This document shows positions 49,300-64,000 of a stretch of 64,000 nt of DNA, in pieces. Position 1 is the first letter of the stretch. Each line of letters starts with the position of its first letter. Location: NCBI RefSeq assembly GCF_009914755.1, contig NC_060928.1. One strand, 5' to 3'. Under the pieces are notes generated by a model. It made no database searches and was not told the DNA's origin. It saw nothing but the letters and a program-made list of their open reading frames with translations. The DNA comes from the human T2T-CHM13v2.0 reference genome, Homo sapiens. A program made the position numbers and the translations under genes.

Positions 49300-50280
49300 A
49301 CATTTTATTTTAAAAAGTGCAAACTTATGGCAAAGTTACAAAAATTGTACAAGGAATACCCACATATACTTTACTTTAATTCAATGATTTTTAACATTTT
49401 CCCACATTTGCTGTATCTTCATTATTAAATGTATGAACTTCCCATCTCTTAAGCAGGATATCCTCCTGCATAAATACAATATAGTGATCTCATTTAGAAA
49501 ACTTAACTTTTATACAGCACTTTATGTAATATGCAATTCATATTCAAATTTTCAAAATTCTTCCTCAAATTAAATTTATGATGTTTAATTTTCCTAATCC
49601 AGAACACAATCAAGAATCACAGCTGACATTTAGTTTGCATGTCTATTAGTCTCCCTTAATCCAGAAAATTTCCCTAGACATTAATTAATTTTTTTATTTT
49701 TTTGTCTTATCATTACATTGCTATTTTCAAAGTATCCATCTCAGAGGCTTTGCAAAATGCCTCTCAGTTAAGAGTTGTTTTCTTCTTCATGATTAAGTTC
49801 AGGTCAAATACCTACAATAGGAATAATGCATAGGTGATATTGTATCCTTCACAGTGCGTGTACATATCAGGAAGCATGTGATCTCAGGTTCTCCTATATT
49901 TGGTGACAGTAATTTTGATCTCTTGATTAAGGAGATGTCTGCAAAATTTCTACTTTGTAAATGTACCTTTTTCTTTTTGTAACTAACAAGTAATCTGTAG
50001 AGGCAGTTATTTTAGGTTAGAGTATTTTGTTCCCGATCTTTCACACAATGTTATTAGCATAAATCAATGAATCCTGTCTGAAATAATTACTTTTATGATG
50101 TTTCAAGATGATGACTTTTCAGTTTCTAGCATTCTTTCTATATTTATTTGTTGGCACTCATTTGTATAAAAGAACGTCATCTTCTGATGTTCCTAATTTT
50201 TAAATGTTTTTAAATGTATTTGTGGACTCATGGATTATTTCAATATTTTATGCATTATAACCTATGCTGTGGTTACTCAT
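49300..50280 (-). mobile_element. Old L1M fragment
   Basis: Antisense L1M 3' motifs. Confidence 0.55.
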
Positions 50281-51630
50281 TTAAGAAATTCTTCAAATTG
50301 GCACCTTTTCTAGAAAGACTAATTAAAATGAGTTTACTCATTGTATTAGTCTGTTCTCACACTGCTAATAAAGACATACCTGATACTAGGTAATTTATAA
50401 AGGAAAGAGGTTTAATTGATGCACAGTTCCACATGCCTGGGGAGGCCTCATAATCATGGCAGAAGGTGAATGAGGACAAAGTACCATCTTACATGAGAGC
50501 AGGCAAGAAGACGTGTGCAGGGGAACTCTCCTTTATAAAATCGTCAGGTCTTGTGAGACTTATTCACTGTCATGAGAACAGCATGGGAAAGACCCACCCC
50601 CATGATTCAATTACCTCCTGTCAGGTTCCACCCATTGTTTTAGAAAAAAAAACCAAAAAACCGGGTTCTTGTCACAGGACCAGAAAACGTTAAGCACACA
50701 GACACTTTGAAGGGTGAGGGGGAATGGAATTTATTGGATGAAAAGGAAAACTAATTCTCACCAAAGCAAGATAGAGTCCTGTTTGCAGGTCTCCCATCTC
50801 ACAGATTGAATCCCAAGTTCCCACCCAGGAACAGGAGAGGCCAGGCTCCTCCCCACTGCAAACAACATGCACTTCCAAGGTTCCATCCCATCCTCCCAGT
50901 GCACAGGTGGGCACTATTCAGAAAGAATCAGTCAGGAAAGGGCAGGCTTCATCCCGGACCAGCAGTGTGGTTCTTCAGCCTTCAGGCTATCTTAGGCTTG
51001 AAGGCAGGGTTTCACTGGGGGACCCTTGGCTGCCTCCTGTCTCTATCATTTCCCCCTCTAAAGAAGTATACCTAACTGCTGTTGGAATAAGGATAAGGAC
51101 AAAGACTCATCTGAACTGCTTTCTGCTGACAGGGGGCACTGCTTGGGGAAAACGGCAGTCAGAGCTCCCTCAGAAGCCTATCAAAGGGTCCCTGGCAAAA
51201 GGGGCCCTCATCCAAGTCTCCAGTTGCATGAACGTTTGGAGTTTGATTGCCTGAAGGTGAGAAATAAACCAGATTATAGAAAACATGTATCAAAACAAAA
51301 TGGGGGTGGGGTTGAGGACAGCTAAAAAATTCTGAGGCCTTTTACCAGTTTGCACAGGGAGAGGGAGGCCAAAAACCTAACTGGTAAAAAAAAAAAAAAA
51401 AAACTTTTACCCTTTAGCCAGCATGTCAGGCTTCTGGGTTCCCTTCCCCTGAGCCCAATCCTAAGCAAACTAGGTTAAAGTTTGAGAAATTAATTCTCCC
51501 CAGTTTGGAGAATGCATCTGGGTGAGGTGTCCCATAGTACGGAAACAAAATTACCTATCTGTGAAGAGAGGACAGAGGAGAAACACGAAAAAAGAAGGGT
51601 CTTTTTTTTCAAAGGGGTCCTAGAAACTCA

Positions 51631-51997
<367 letters not shown>

Positions 51998-54900
51998 CTA
52001 CAAAAAGGGGAGCAGATTCCTCCTTCCTTGTATCCCCAAGTCCCAGATACTGTGACAGGGTGGGTGTCAAAGCGGTCTTCACTTGTGTTAACAGGGGGGT
52101 CTGGGGGTGAGAGTATTCGCTTTTACCCTTGTATACCCTATCTCCCCTGCTGTCCATAGCCTTTGGATTCTCCAGACCTCATTTATGCCATGGATACTAG
52201 TGTGACCTTTATTCATGAAATGGGAAGCTTGGCTTATTCAGCAGGAATCAGTCACACTCATCTGCATTGTGCCTTTTAACTTGCATTATCATCTGCATCT
52301 GGGTCCTTCAGATCCAGTTCCCCCTGCCCCCAGGGCTTTGATGTGAAGCTTAGAATTGAGTTTGGGACAAAAATGTGTCTCAGAGGCTAGCATGGATTTC
52401 TTATTATAAGCCAAATGCTTAGGTGAGGCTGTGGAATTGAGTCCTCCTCCAACAAGGAAGAGGGCGTCTTGTGACATGCCCAGATAACTGGTGGCTATAG
52501 TTATCTTTGCTAAGATTTGGGTGCATGGGGCTTGGCTTTGGTTAGCTCCCTTGGTCTTACTTTCCCAAAAAGGAAACCTCCAGGTGATGGGCATCCTATT
52601 TATTCCCATCACCTGGCAGGATTTGCAGGCTAATTGCTCAGAACTAGAATGTTGATCCAAAATTTTGACATTACCCATCCCTTTTACTCCTTCTGAGCTT
52701 TAGTTGGAGATTACTGGTTGGTTCACAGGAACAAGCAGGGTTACTCTAAAATGTAGGCAAAAACTTAAAAACAACTGATGAGTCTAGAATTTAATAACAA
52801 ATGTATGATAAGTTTTGAAACATAATTTCTCTCTCTCCAATCTTCAATTTTGTTTAAAAAAAATCATGATAGGGATGAGTTGTTTGTAAAATAGACTTTA
52901 ATCTTACACTTGGGCTGAGTGTTTGCATAAAGTGCAGAAGGAATAACTATTTCTACATAGGCCTTTTACATTGGTTTTGATGGAAATCTGTTCCACGAGG
53001 AATCTCAGATAAGACTTTTTAAAGCCAAGCCCAGCCATCAGTTTATATGCTCAAATACCTGTGAGTTGGGTAATCGTCTCCTCTTAAGGTCCCAAGATAA
53101 ACTTGGAGCTCCTGAGCCTGTAAGAAAGTGACATTCTTTACTAACCACAGGTCAGAAACCCTGTAGAGGGACTGTGTAGACAAGGGTATGAGGCCAGTTT
53201 TCTCAAGAAACTCTTATTGGCTCTGCAAGTTGAGCTTGACTCCTTAAAAGGAAGCATACCCTTCCAGTCAACACCTTGGTAAAAAAACTAGTTTATCAAT
53301 TGCACCCTCTTGCAAAAGAAAATGGATTCTTATTGCACTGATGCAAACATTTATATTGCCATAAGTTAAGAATATTCACAACTAGTTTGCAAATTCTGGA
53401 GAAGCCAGGCAGAGAGACAAACATGCTCTGTATTTTGTTGACAGGAGTATACCTTACTCAATTATTAAAAGTCATAAATAGTTCAAAATAAGTTTCCTTG
53501 ACTCTGAAAAAAAAACAAGGATCAGCAATATTCCAAGCAAAAATCAAAAAGATTGCCTCAGTTTTTTTATGGGTTTGTGAATATTTTAGCTCTTCATGAG
53601 TTCTGTGTGTTTTCCCTTTATTCCAAAGTTATCAGAAACCTGTATTTGAGAGCACCTGTCAGAGTTCTACAGCTTATTATAAGCCATCTTTTGAAAAGAA
53701 TTAAAACAAGAAAATTGTCTGTGAATAACAAAATGTCCAGGTTAGTTACAGTTAGAAACACAATTGACAAAGAAGCTTGGTTATCTCTGTCATTTACAAT
53801 TATTTAACATAAAAACCTTAATTATGATAGCGTATACTCAGACATTAGAATTTTTAAAATCCCATACAAATTTGAAACACATATTAGTATTATTTACCAA
53901 AATATAACCTAAAGAATATTGAACACCATTTTGGCAATCTCATATACCTAAATATGTCAAATAATCCTGTTTTCCTCTCTTTTGGATACTCCAAGGGCTC
54001 TCTGAAGCATCAAAAAGCCAGGCGTCAGGAAAGAAAATTTTGAAACTGAATTTGATTTTCAGAAGCCTGTTAAATGTGTTAGCGGTTTAAAACACTTGAT
54101 ATTATGAAATAGAACTCCAGATTACCTTGTTATTTATTTTGCCAAAATGATGAATCAGAAATTTAAAAAACAAAAAACTTTTTATAACCCCTTAAAAATT
54201 TTGCTAAAGAGCAGATTAGTGCCTTAAGAGAACCTTGTTTTGCTTTTACTTTAATGCTCAATTTACAAGAAAACCATATAATATCCTTTTGAATTTAGTC
54301 AATATGTTCACATATTGAATTTTTGCAAGATTAATTTGTACAATCCCTTTACAACTTGTTTGGACTTTTAGCTTTATCTTATCAAATTCAAAACAATCTT
54401 TTAAACCTAAGCAAGAACTTACATTTCCACACCTTCTTATAATCTTTTACTAAAAACACATCCTACTGTTCTTATACAGCTTGCATGTAAATCTATTTCC
54501 AGTAGTTTCAATTACATGTTATAATGGTTACTCCTAGCAATTTTTAACTTTAATGTAAAACTTGGTAAGTTGTTTTGATTATGTGCTAGGTGCATCCAAG
54601 GTTTGACTAATTCCAGCATAATTAAGGGCGTGGTTATTTCTATATGTCCCCAGGCCTTACCAATTGTGGAGCAGGCAAGACAAATAGTTCTCAAAACCCA
54701 AAAAGCAGTTTACGACCTTAAAACATTTAGCAAACCTAGCAGTTGACCTGCATAATTTAGTCCACCTATTTATATTTTGATGACATCTGCACTTTACCAA
54801 TAATCTTTTAGGCTGTTTAAATTTTTTGAAGATGAAAGTCATATGAACTGAAAGGTACCACAGCTTTTATTTTACCCTTTAAAAAATATTTGATCCAAGC

Positions 54901-55689
54901 ACTTATCTTCTTTTAGGCCAATTAATTAGACCTTTTTTTTAAATAGACATTACACACCCAACACATATATAACTACACAGACAGGAAGAAGAAAACCCAG
55001 TAGCCATACGATTTTTCATTTTCTGATCTCCTATTTGGATTATTGGTCCCTTTAAGAGGGAGGGCTAGGAAAACAAGCAGCTTTTAGAGCCTAATAGGCA
55101 GGCATTACTGGGAGGCGAAAAGAGATTTTGAGAGGGATCTATCCACTTTTAATTCCTGGGGTTCAATGAGGAAGACAGAGATCTCTCCCCTCTCTTGCGT
55201 GCATTAAAATTGGCAAAGCAGAATGGAGAAAAATAATACAGCCAACTGAGAAAAAGCCGTTTTCCAGCAAAGCAAGATCCCAGAAGAGAAAAAAATAAAA
55301 TAAAACAAAAAAGCCTTTTAAATATACCTGTAACTTAGATATTCATCTTTAATTTAGTTGAGCACTCCTTAAGAAAATCCTTTTAAATCTCCTATTACCT
55401 GACTTTAGCCATACCAAGAAGCCAATATTTCAGCCTTTCAAACTTTACTAAAGCCTCAGAGAAAGGAAAATCCAAGATGGTTCATGGAGGAGAAGAGAAT
55501 CAACAAATAGAAAAGTTACACAGATATCAAACCTGAAAGGACTCAGTTGCTAAGCCATGACTGAACCTGGGTTGTGCAGAGGCTAAGCAAAACATTGCCA
55601 TGGAGTTACACGTCATGCCCCCAAGTCCATAAACCAAGATGGAGGCCTGCAGCAAAGTTCACTGCTGACCATACAGAAAGTCATGCAAA

Positions 55690-55992
55690 GGCCTGGAGTT
55701 GTGGCTCATACCTATAATCCCAGCACTTTGGGAGGCCAAAGCAGGTGGACCACCTGAGGTCGGGAGTTTGCGACCAGCCTGGCCAACATGGTGAAATCCG
55801 GTCTCTACTAAAAATACAAAAATTAGCTGGGTGTGGTGGTGCGTGCATGCCTGTAATCACAGCTATTTGAGAGGGTAAGGCAGGATGATCACTTGAGAGA
55901 GAGAAGTGGAAGTTGCACTGAGCTGAGATGGTGCCACTGCACTCCAGCCTGGGTGACAGAGTGACACTCCATCTTTAAAAAAAAAAAAGAAA
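55690..55992 (+). mobile_element. Alu inside the provirus
   Basis: Consensus; TSD agaaa(g/a)tcatgcaaa. Confidence 0.95.
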
Positions 55993-57858
55993 ATCATGCA
56001 AAGCATACCAGATTGGCTACAGCTTAAAACCAACCTCATAAAGAATTTGTCACAATTAAAACTCTACAGAAAATATAAACAATGATCCCCATCACTCCTG
56101 GCCTAGCAAAACATCTTCCAAAAGGAAAAAAAACAAAAAACAAAAACCCTTGCTTAAGTCAACTGCTGACCCAGTGGAGAAAAGGAAAAGACGTTTAAAT
56201 GCAGGGCTGTGTTACCTGTTGACAGGGTGGAGAAAAGAAAAGATACCTGTGGAAGAACCTCTTATTCTTATGCAAATAGTTTCCTCCACAAGGGAGATAT
56301 ATTTAATTGCAGTCAATCAGAGTACAATTTTTGGCCGGGGGAGGGGAAGGCTCCATGGTTGCATGGCAGGGAGCACTGACCAGCCTGCTGTTGGGCACCC
56401 TTGGGCCATGCAGCCCAGCCCTGGCAGGGAGGGGAGCGAGGAACCCACCATTTATTTGCCCATCCTGTGTATGCCTGCAGCCATCAGGGTGGGGTAGTGC
56501 ACAATTTCCTCTCCCCTCAGAAGAGGTCTGAGGAGAAAAAGGCTTAGAAGCAAAAGGAAAAAAGATGTGTTGGTTTGCACGGTACTCACCCTTCCTCAAG
56601 CCGAATGTTGGCCACCAAAAATGTTGTAGAAAAAAACTGGGTTCTTGTCACACAACCAGGAAAAGTTAGGCACACAGACACGTTAAAGGTTGAAGGGGAA
56701 CAAAATTTATTTTATTAGGCAAAAAGGAAAACTAACTCTCAGCAAAGCAGGAAAGAGTCCTGTGAGCAGGTTTCCCACCTCACAAATTGAATCCCAGGTC
56801 CCCACCCAGGAACAGGAGAAGCCAGGCTCCACCCCCGACAAATGACATGCATTTCCTGAGGCTACGCCCCATTCTTCCAGTGCACAGCTGGGCATTATTC
56901 AGAGTCAATCAGGAAAGGGCGGGCTTCATCCAGATTGGCAGTCTGGTTTTTCAGCCTTCAGGCTGTTTTAGACTTGAAGGTAGGGTTTCACAGGGGTGGA
57001 GGGGGCTGGGGTAGGTGGGTTATGAAGGGTAGCGGAACCTTTGGCTGCCTCCTGTCTCTATCATCATGACATTTGGGAGCTACAATTCAAGATGAGATTT
57101 GGGTGGGGACACAGCCAAATCATATTATTCTGCACCTCTCCCCTCCTAAATCTCATGTCCTCACATTTCCAAATCAATCACACCTTCCCAACAGTCCCCC
57201 AAAGTCTTAACTCATTTCAGGATTAACTCAAAAGTCCACAGTCCAAAGTCTCAGTCTGAGACAAGGCAAGTTCCTTTCACCTATGAGCCTGTAAGATCAA
57301 AAACAAACTAGTTACTTCCTAGATACAATAGGGGTACAGGCATTCAGTTAATACAACTATTCCATGGGAGAAATTGGTCAAAATGAAGGGGCTACAGGCC
57401 CCATGCAAGTCCAAAATCCAGCAAGGCAGTCAAATTGTAAAGCTCCAAAATGATCTCCTTTGACTCATGTCTCACAGTCACGTTGTACTGATGCAAGAGG
57501 CTGGTTCCCATGGTCTTGGGGCACCTCTGCCCCTGTGGCTTTGCAGGGGCTGTCCCCTTCCTGGCTGCTTTTACAGGCTGGCATTGAGTGTCTGCAGCTT
57601 TTTCAGGTACACAGTGCAAGCTGTCAGTGGATCTACCATTCAGGGGTCTGGAGAATTTTGGCCCTCTTCTCACAACTCCACTAGGCAATACTCCAGTGGG
57701 GACTCTGTGGGAGCTGGAACCCCTCATTTCCCTTCTGCACTGCCCTAGCAGAGGTTCTCCATGAGGACTCTGCCCCTGCAGCACACCTCTGCCTGGATAT
57801 CCAGGCATTTCCATACATCCTCTGAAATCTAGGCGGAAGTTCCCAAAACTCAATTCTT

Positions 57859-58187
57859 TTTATTTATTTATTTATTTATTTATTTATTATTATTATACTT
57901 TAAGTTTTAGGGTACATGTGCACAATGTGCAGGTTAGTTACATATGTATACATGTGCCATGCTGGTGCGCTGCACCAACTAACTCGTCATCTAGCATTAG
58001 GTATATCTCCCAATGCTATCCCTCCCCCTCCCCCCACCCCACAACAGTCCCCAGAGTGTGATGTTCCCCTTGCTGTGTCCATGTGTTCTCATTGTTCAAC
58101 TCCCACCTATGAGTCAGAATATGCAGTGTTTGGTTTTTTGTTCTTGCGATAGTTTACTGAGAATGATGATTTCCAATTTCATCCATG
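57859..58187 (-). mobile_element. 5'-truncated young L1PA (L1PA2/3-like) 3' end inside THE1-int
   Basis: ttatactttaagttttagggtacatgtgcac...; diagnostic position reads GAG (gctagatgacgagttag), not the Ta-type ACA. Confidence 0.9.
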
Positions 58188-59917
58188 ATTTCTGTGTACC
58201 CACCGGCTCGTCCCGAGACTGCACAAAGCAGCAAGGCCCTGGGCCTGGCCCATAAAACCATTTATTCCTCCTAGGCCTCCCTGCTTGTGATGAGAGGGGC
58301 TGCCATGAAGATCTCTGACATGCCATGGAGACATTTTTCCCATTGTCTTGGCAATTAACATTTGACTCCTCATTACTTATGCAAATTTCTACAGCTCACT
58401 TGAATTTCTCCTCAGAAAATGAGTTTTTCTTTTCTATGGCATCATCAGGCTACAAATTTTCTGAACTTTTATGCTCTGCTTCCCTTTTAAACATAAGTTC
58501 CAATTCCAAACCATATTGTTGTGCATACATAAAACTCAATACTTTTAACAGTACCCAAGTAACCTCTTGAACACTTTTCTCCTTAGAAATATTTCTTGCA
58601 CCAGATGTCCTAATTCATCACTCTCAGGTTCAAAGTTCCACAGACCTCCAGGGCAGGGGCAAAATGCCACCAGTCTCTGCTAAAACATAGCAAGAGTCAC
58701 CTTTGCTCTAGTTTCCAACAAGTTTCTCATGCCCATCTGAGACTACCTCAGCTTGAACTTTATTGTTCATATCACTATCAGCATTTTATTCAACAATTCT
58801 CTAGAATGTTCCAAACTTTCCCACATCTCCCTGTCTTCTTCTGAGCCTTCCAAACTGTTCCAAGCTCTGCCTGTTACCCAGTTCCAAAGTCACTTCCATG
58901 TTTTTGGGTATCTTTATCGCAGCTCCCCACTCTACCGGTACCAATTTACTGTATTAGTCTGTTCTCACGCTGCTAATAATGACATACCTGAGACTAGGTA
59001 ATTTATAAAGGAAAGAGGTTTAATGGACTCAGTTCCACATGGCTGGGGATGTCTTACAATCATGGCAGAAGGCAAATGACAAAGTCCCATCTTACATGGC
59101 AGCAGGCAAGAGGACATGTGCAAGGGAGCTCCCCTTAATAAAACCATCAGATCTCGTGATACTTATTCACTATCATGAGAACAGCAAGGGAAAGACCTGC
59201 TCCCATGATTCAGTTACCTGCTACTGGGTCCCTCCCACAACATGTGGAAATCACAGGAGCTACAATTCAAGATGAGATTTGGGTAGGGACCAAGCAAAAC
59301 CATATCACTCATTTTCCACAATTATCTATTAAAAGTAAATAATGTAAATATATTTTGGAAGAAAAAAACATTGCTAATTTAATAACTCAAACTTGTAATG
59401 CTTTAAAATTGGGTTTCTCAATTTAAAGCACCAACATGTTTAGCTGTAGAAAAGGAGATAGAGTTCCTGACCATTATAGCTCTCGATAATTTGAGTGGTT
59501 ATGAAGAGAGACTTAAGGCAACATATAGAAATACTAGCTTCTGGATGCTCTTTTTAAATAAGAATTTACTTATGTTATATTTATTTTATACTTTTCTATC
59601 ATATATACTACCAGTCAAAATCCTAAACTTCTTGGGTCAAAACAGAAGTGAATCACATACTGCTTATTTCTTTATTCCATTTTTTGTACATGACCGTAGC
59701 TAGCAAGATGTTGAACTTGTTCAATTCTTTTGATTTTTACTTTCATGTACTGATTGCATGAAATGTTCATCCTTAGATCTTTAAATATAGGAAGCAACTC
59801 TTTTTAAAAATAATATGCACAGGAGTAATATACATAAGTAAATACTACATGCCTGTGACATCATTATCAACAAACATTTATTAAATGTGCCATGGATATA
59901 TCCTAATCATTTGTACT

Positions 59918-60211
59918 TTTTTTTTTTTTTTGAGATGGAATCTCACTCTGTTGCCCAGGCTGGAGTGCAGTGGCACCATCTCCGCTCACTGCAACGTCTG
60001 CCTCCTGGGTTCAGGTGATTCTCCTGCCTCAACCTCCTGAGTAGCTGGGATTATAGGCGTGTGACACCACACCGGGCTAATTTTTGTATTTTTAGTAGAG
60101 ATGGGGTTTCACCATATTGGTCAGGCTGGTCTTGAACTCCTGACCTGGTGATCCACCTGCCTCGGCCTCCCAAAGTGCTAGGATTGCAGGCGTGAGCCAC
60201 CGTGCTCAGCC
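59918..60211 (-). mobile_element. Alu (AluS)
   Basis: TSD tcatttgtactttt. Confidence 0.95.
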
Positions 60212-60899
60212 TCATTTGTACTTTTTAAAAAGCCCATACCTAGCTGGTATGTTCAGTCTTTTGAAAACAAAAGGCTTTTGGGAACCTGTTGATGAGTTTC
60301 TTATTTCAGTTCTCCAGTTTCTTGGGTAGTTACTGGTTCAGTTTGTGGGAGGTTTCTGTTTGTCACTCAGCTGCAGCCACACCATTAGTGGGACAGCTTC
60401 AGTTTAAAACAACTCCATGGTTTGCCATAAATATTGAAAGTATTCCTATTATTGGTCAAGAGATGGGGAAGGACTCCACTAATGCTTAACTTGTAGGCCC
60501 ATTAGCTTGCCAAATTATGTGTCCACACAGTACATGATTTCATGGGTCAAGGTGACTTGGACAGGGTTTCTTCAAATATTCTCCCTGCAGTTTTAAGTTT
60601 CGTTTTCTCAACTCTGATCTCTTATCTCTGTGTACTAGAACATCAGGGAGACATTTACCTGACTGTCAATTATTTAGAACAAAAATATTGATTTCTCATC
60701 ATTTCCATAACTTTGGGCACTATTCTAGTAGAAGGTTATTAGTTGTGTGGTAAATGCATTTTCTAAAAAAATAGATCAAAATAAAACAAAAATAACTCAA
60801 AGATAGCAAAATAAACAATAGAACATTGAAAAGGCACAATTCCTGGGTGATAATATAACATAAATGATTGTCAATTTTTTCTCATGTAGATTTTACACA

Positions 60900-61620
<721 letters not shown>

Positions 61621-62188
61621 GAACATAGTGATCAGCTGTGTCAAATGTTGCTGATGGGTCAAGCACAATGAGGCCTGAATATTGACCATTGATTTCAGCA
61701 ATGTGGCAGTGTTAGAAAAGTGGTAGAAGCAAATAACAAACCACTGTCTTGAGGAGTTTTACTACTGAGCAAAAGAATAAAATGGTGCCGACACGGAAAA
61801 TGTAAACAATAAAAGTTTTTTCATAAATTAGAGACATAATACCATTTTTATAAATTTATAAATTCGTAAGTATAAATGCCCTAAAAAGTAAATATGTGGG
61901 AGGAAGAAGGCCTATTTGTCAGAGCACAATTCTTGAGGAGTTCGATGAATCATGATTTAACATCCAAATAGAGAGTTTGCAATAGATAGTTCATTTGTGA
62001 TATGAACATAGGAATTCAGATTATATGGGAATACATACTAGGAGGCTATAGATATCAAAATGGTAATATTCCTCTGATTATTTGAAATTTCTTAGTGAAA
62101 AAGATATCAGAGTAATCAGCTGAAAGTAGAAATAGAGGTTTGAGAGAGAGGCTAAGGTGTGAAAATTGATAAAATCAATGGTCTAGTA

Positions 62189-62500
62189 GGCCAGCCACAG
62201 TGGCTCACACCTGTAATCCCAACAGTTTGGGAGGACAAGGCAGGTGGGTCACTTGAGGCCAGGAGTTTGAGATCAGCCTGGCCAACATGGCAAAACCACA
62301 CCTTTAATAAAAATACAAAAATTATCCACATGTGTTGGCATGCACCTGTAGTTGCAGCTACTCAGGATGCTGAGGCACAAGAATCGCTTGAACTTGGGAG
62401 GCAGAGATTGCAGTGACCCATTATTGTGCCACTGTACTCCAGACTGTGTGACAGAGAGAGATGTGATGCTGTCTCAAAACTAACACAAAAACAAAAACAA
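62189..62500 (+). mobile_element. Alu
   Basis: Consensus dimer. Confidence 0.92.
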
Positions 62501-63088
62501 AAGAATGATCTCAAAATGTATCGCGTGATGTCCTAGCAATGTGGAGAGTCCACTTGACATTCATGGTTATGATTTTAAACTGAATCTAGTAAATTTGGTT
62601 TTGAGTTTTTGTTTATTTTTTTTTCTCCAGCCACATTCAGTTGCCAGAGAGCAGGCACCAAATCACTGGAGAGTGCAATTTATCCAGGATAGAATTTTGG
62701 CTCTAGAAGTGTGACCAAGTGAGAGAGAACAAGAGAACTGAGAGTAAATGGCAAGGAGTGACTGAAATCACTAATCATTAATCGCCATGTGCAACAAGGT
62801 GAGAGTGGGGCAAGCACACTCAAGGGGTGAAGGACAGAGAAACGTTAGTTAGTTCAGTGCATCAGAGATCCCAGAAAGATTGCTGAGGTCAGGATGGTAA
62901 AACAAGTAAGCTGTAAACAGAAAGATGGTGGGCAGAAAACGGTATGCAGGGAGTTAAAATTATAAAGAGTGACAGTTATTTGTTGTAGAAAAGTCCAGGA
63001 TGGAGACATCCAATAGAAATATAGTTCGAGACACATATATAATTTTGGATTTTCTTGTAAAAATGTAGAAAGAAATAAGCAAAATTTA

Positions 63089-63425
<337 letters not shown>

Positions 63426-63499
63426 TAAAATTTAATTTTAAGAATAGATTTCATTTGACCAAACAATCAACATAAGAATTGTTCAGGAGCTATTTTCCA

Positions 63500-63612
63500 T
63501 CTGTTTTAGTGCTTACTGTTTGAAATCTGGTGTATATTTTACACTCACATCTCGATTTGAACCTGCCACATTTCATGTGCTCAATAGCCACCTGTGGCTG
63601 GTGGCTATGGCA
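63500..63612. mobile_element. MER3/MER33-like hAT fragment
   Basis: gccacatttcatgtgctcaatagccacctgtggct. Confidence 0.65.
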
Positions 63613-64000
63613 AAAATTCTGAGACCAGTTCTTTCCTTGAGAACTTTTAACTTGATATAACCTCTCTCCTAAAGAAAGCATTAGGTACTTTAAAGAATTC
63701 CTAAGTGAATGAGGTTGTTTTCTGTGTGCATTTGTAAATATCTAGTCAGATAACGATTGCAAAGGACAACTGAAGTAACCAAATAGTTAATAACAATTCT
63801 GGGTGTTTACAATACACAAAGCAAACACCAACCTTTACCAGGATAAACATGTTTCTCAGGCAGGACACCAAGGCAGGTGGCTAAAAAAAAAATGAAATCT
63901 ATTGGTATACACATATTGCAGTGTTGCTGAGAAATTATTATCGATGCATGAAATGGATTTAACAATCAATGAGAGAACAATGGGTCTTTACCTTCTATAA

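Noticed and set aside
57392-57853. 153-aa ORF and ORFs at 46665-47333
   Set aside because: Fragments of the decayed THE1 internal region, not a host gene.

Overview
Primate (almost certainly human) genomic DNA containing the complete ASIC5 gene (BASIC/ACCN5/hINaC, bile-acid-sensitive DEG/ENaC channel) on the minus strand. I resolved 10 coding exons from 44934 down to 8645, all with GT-AG boundaries. They total 1518 nt, i.e. 505 aa plus stop, with a TATA box at 45007-45014. The rest is mostly transposable elements: Alus, L1/L2/MIR fragments, Tigger2a, several solo LTRs, a MER4-group provirus in intron 4, and a nested THE1 > ERV1 > Alu (+L1PA) cluster upstream. The most notable observations are: (1) an old intragenic duplication of exon 6 plus its intron-6 flank inside intron 4, with a decayed pseudo-exon, a preserved donor and a 38-nt perfectly identical intronic core; (2) a CAGCAG tandem acceptor on the codon of the degenerin gating residue A443; (3) a last-intron read-through frame into an antisense Alu that would swap TM2 for another hydrophobic segment; (4) an antisense LTR in intron 2 with a TATA-like box and a strong donor pointing toward the neighbouring gene; (5) sense-oriented THE1 LTRs with intact DUX4-type motifs upstream of the gene. 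Repeat subfamily names come from memory of consensus sequences, not from a database search. Most ORF-track entries are repeat-derived noise.
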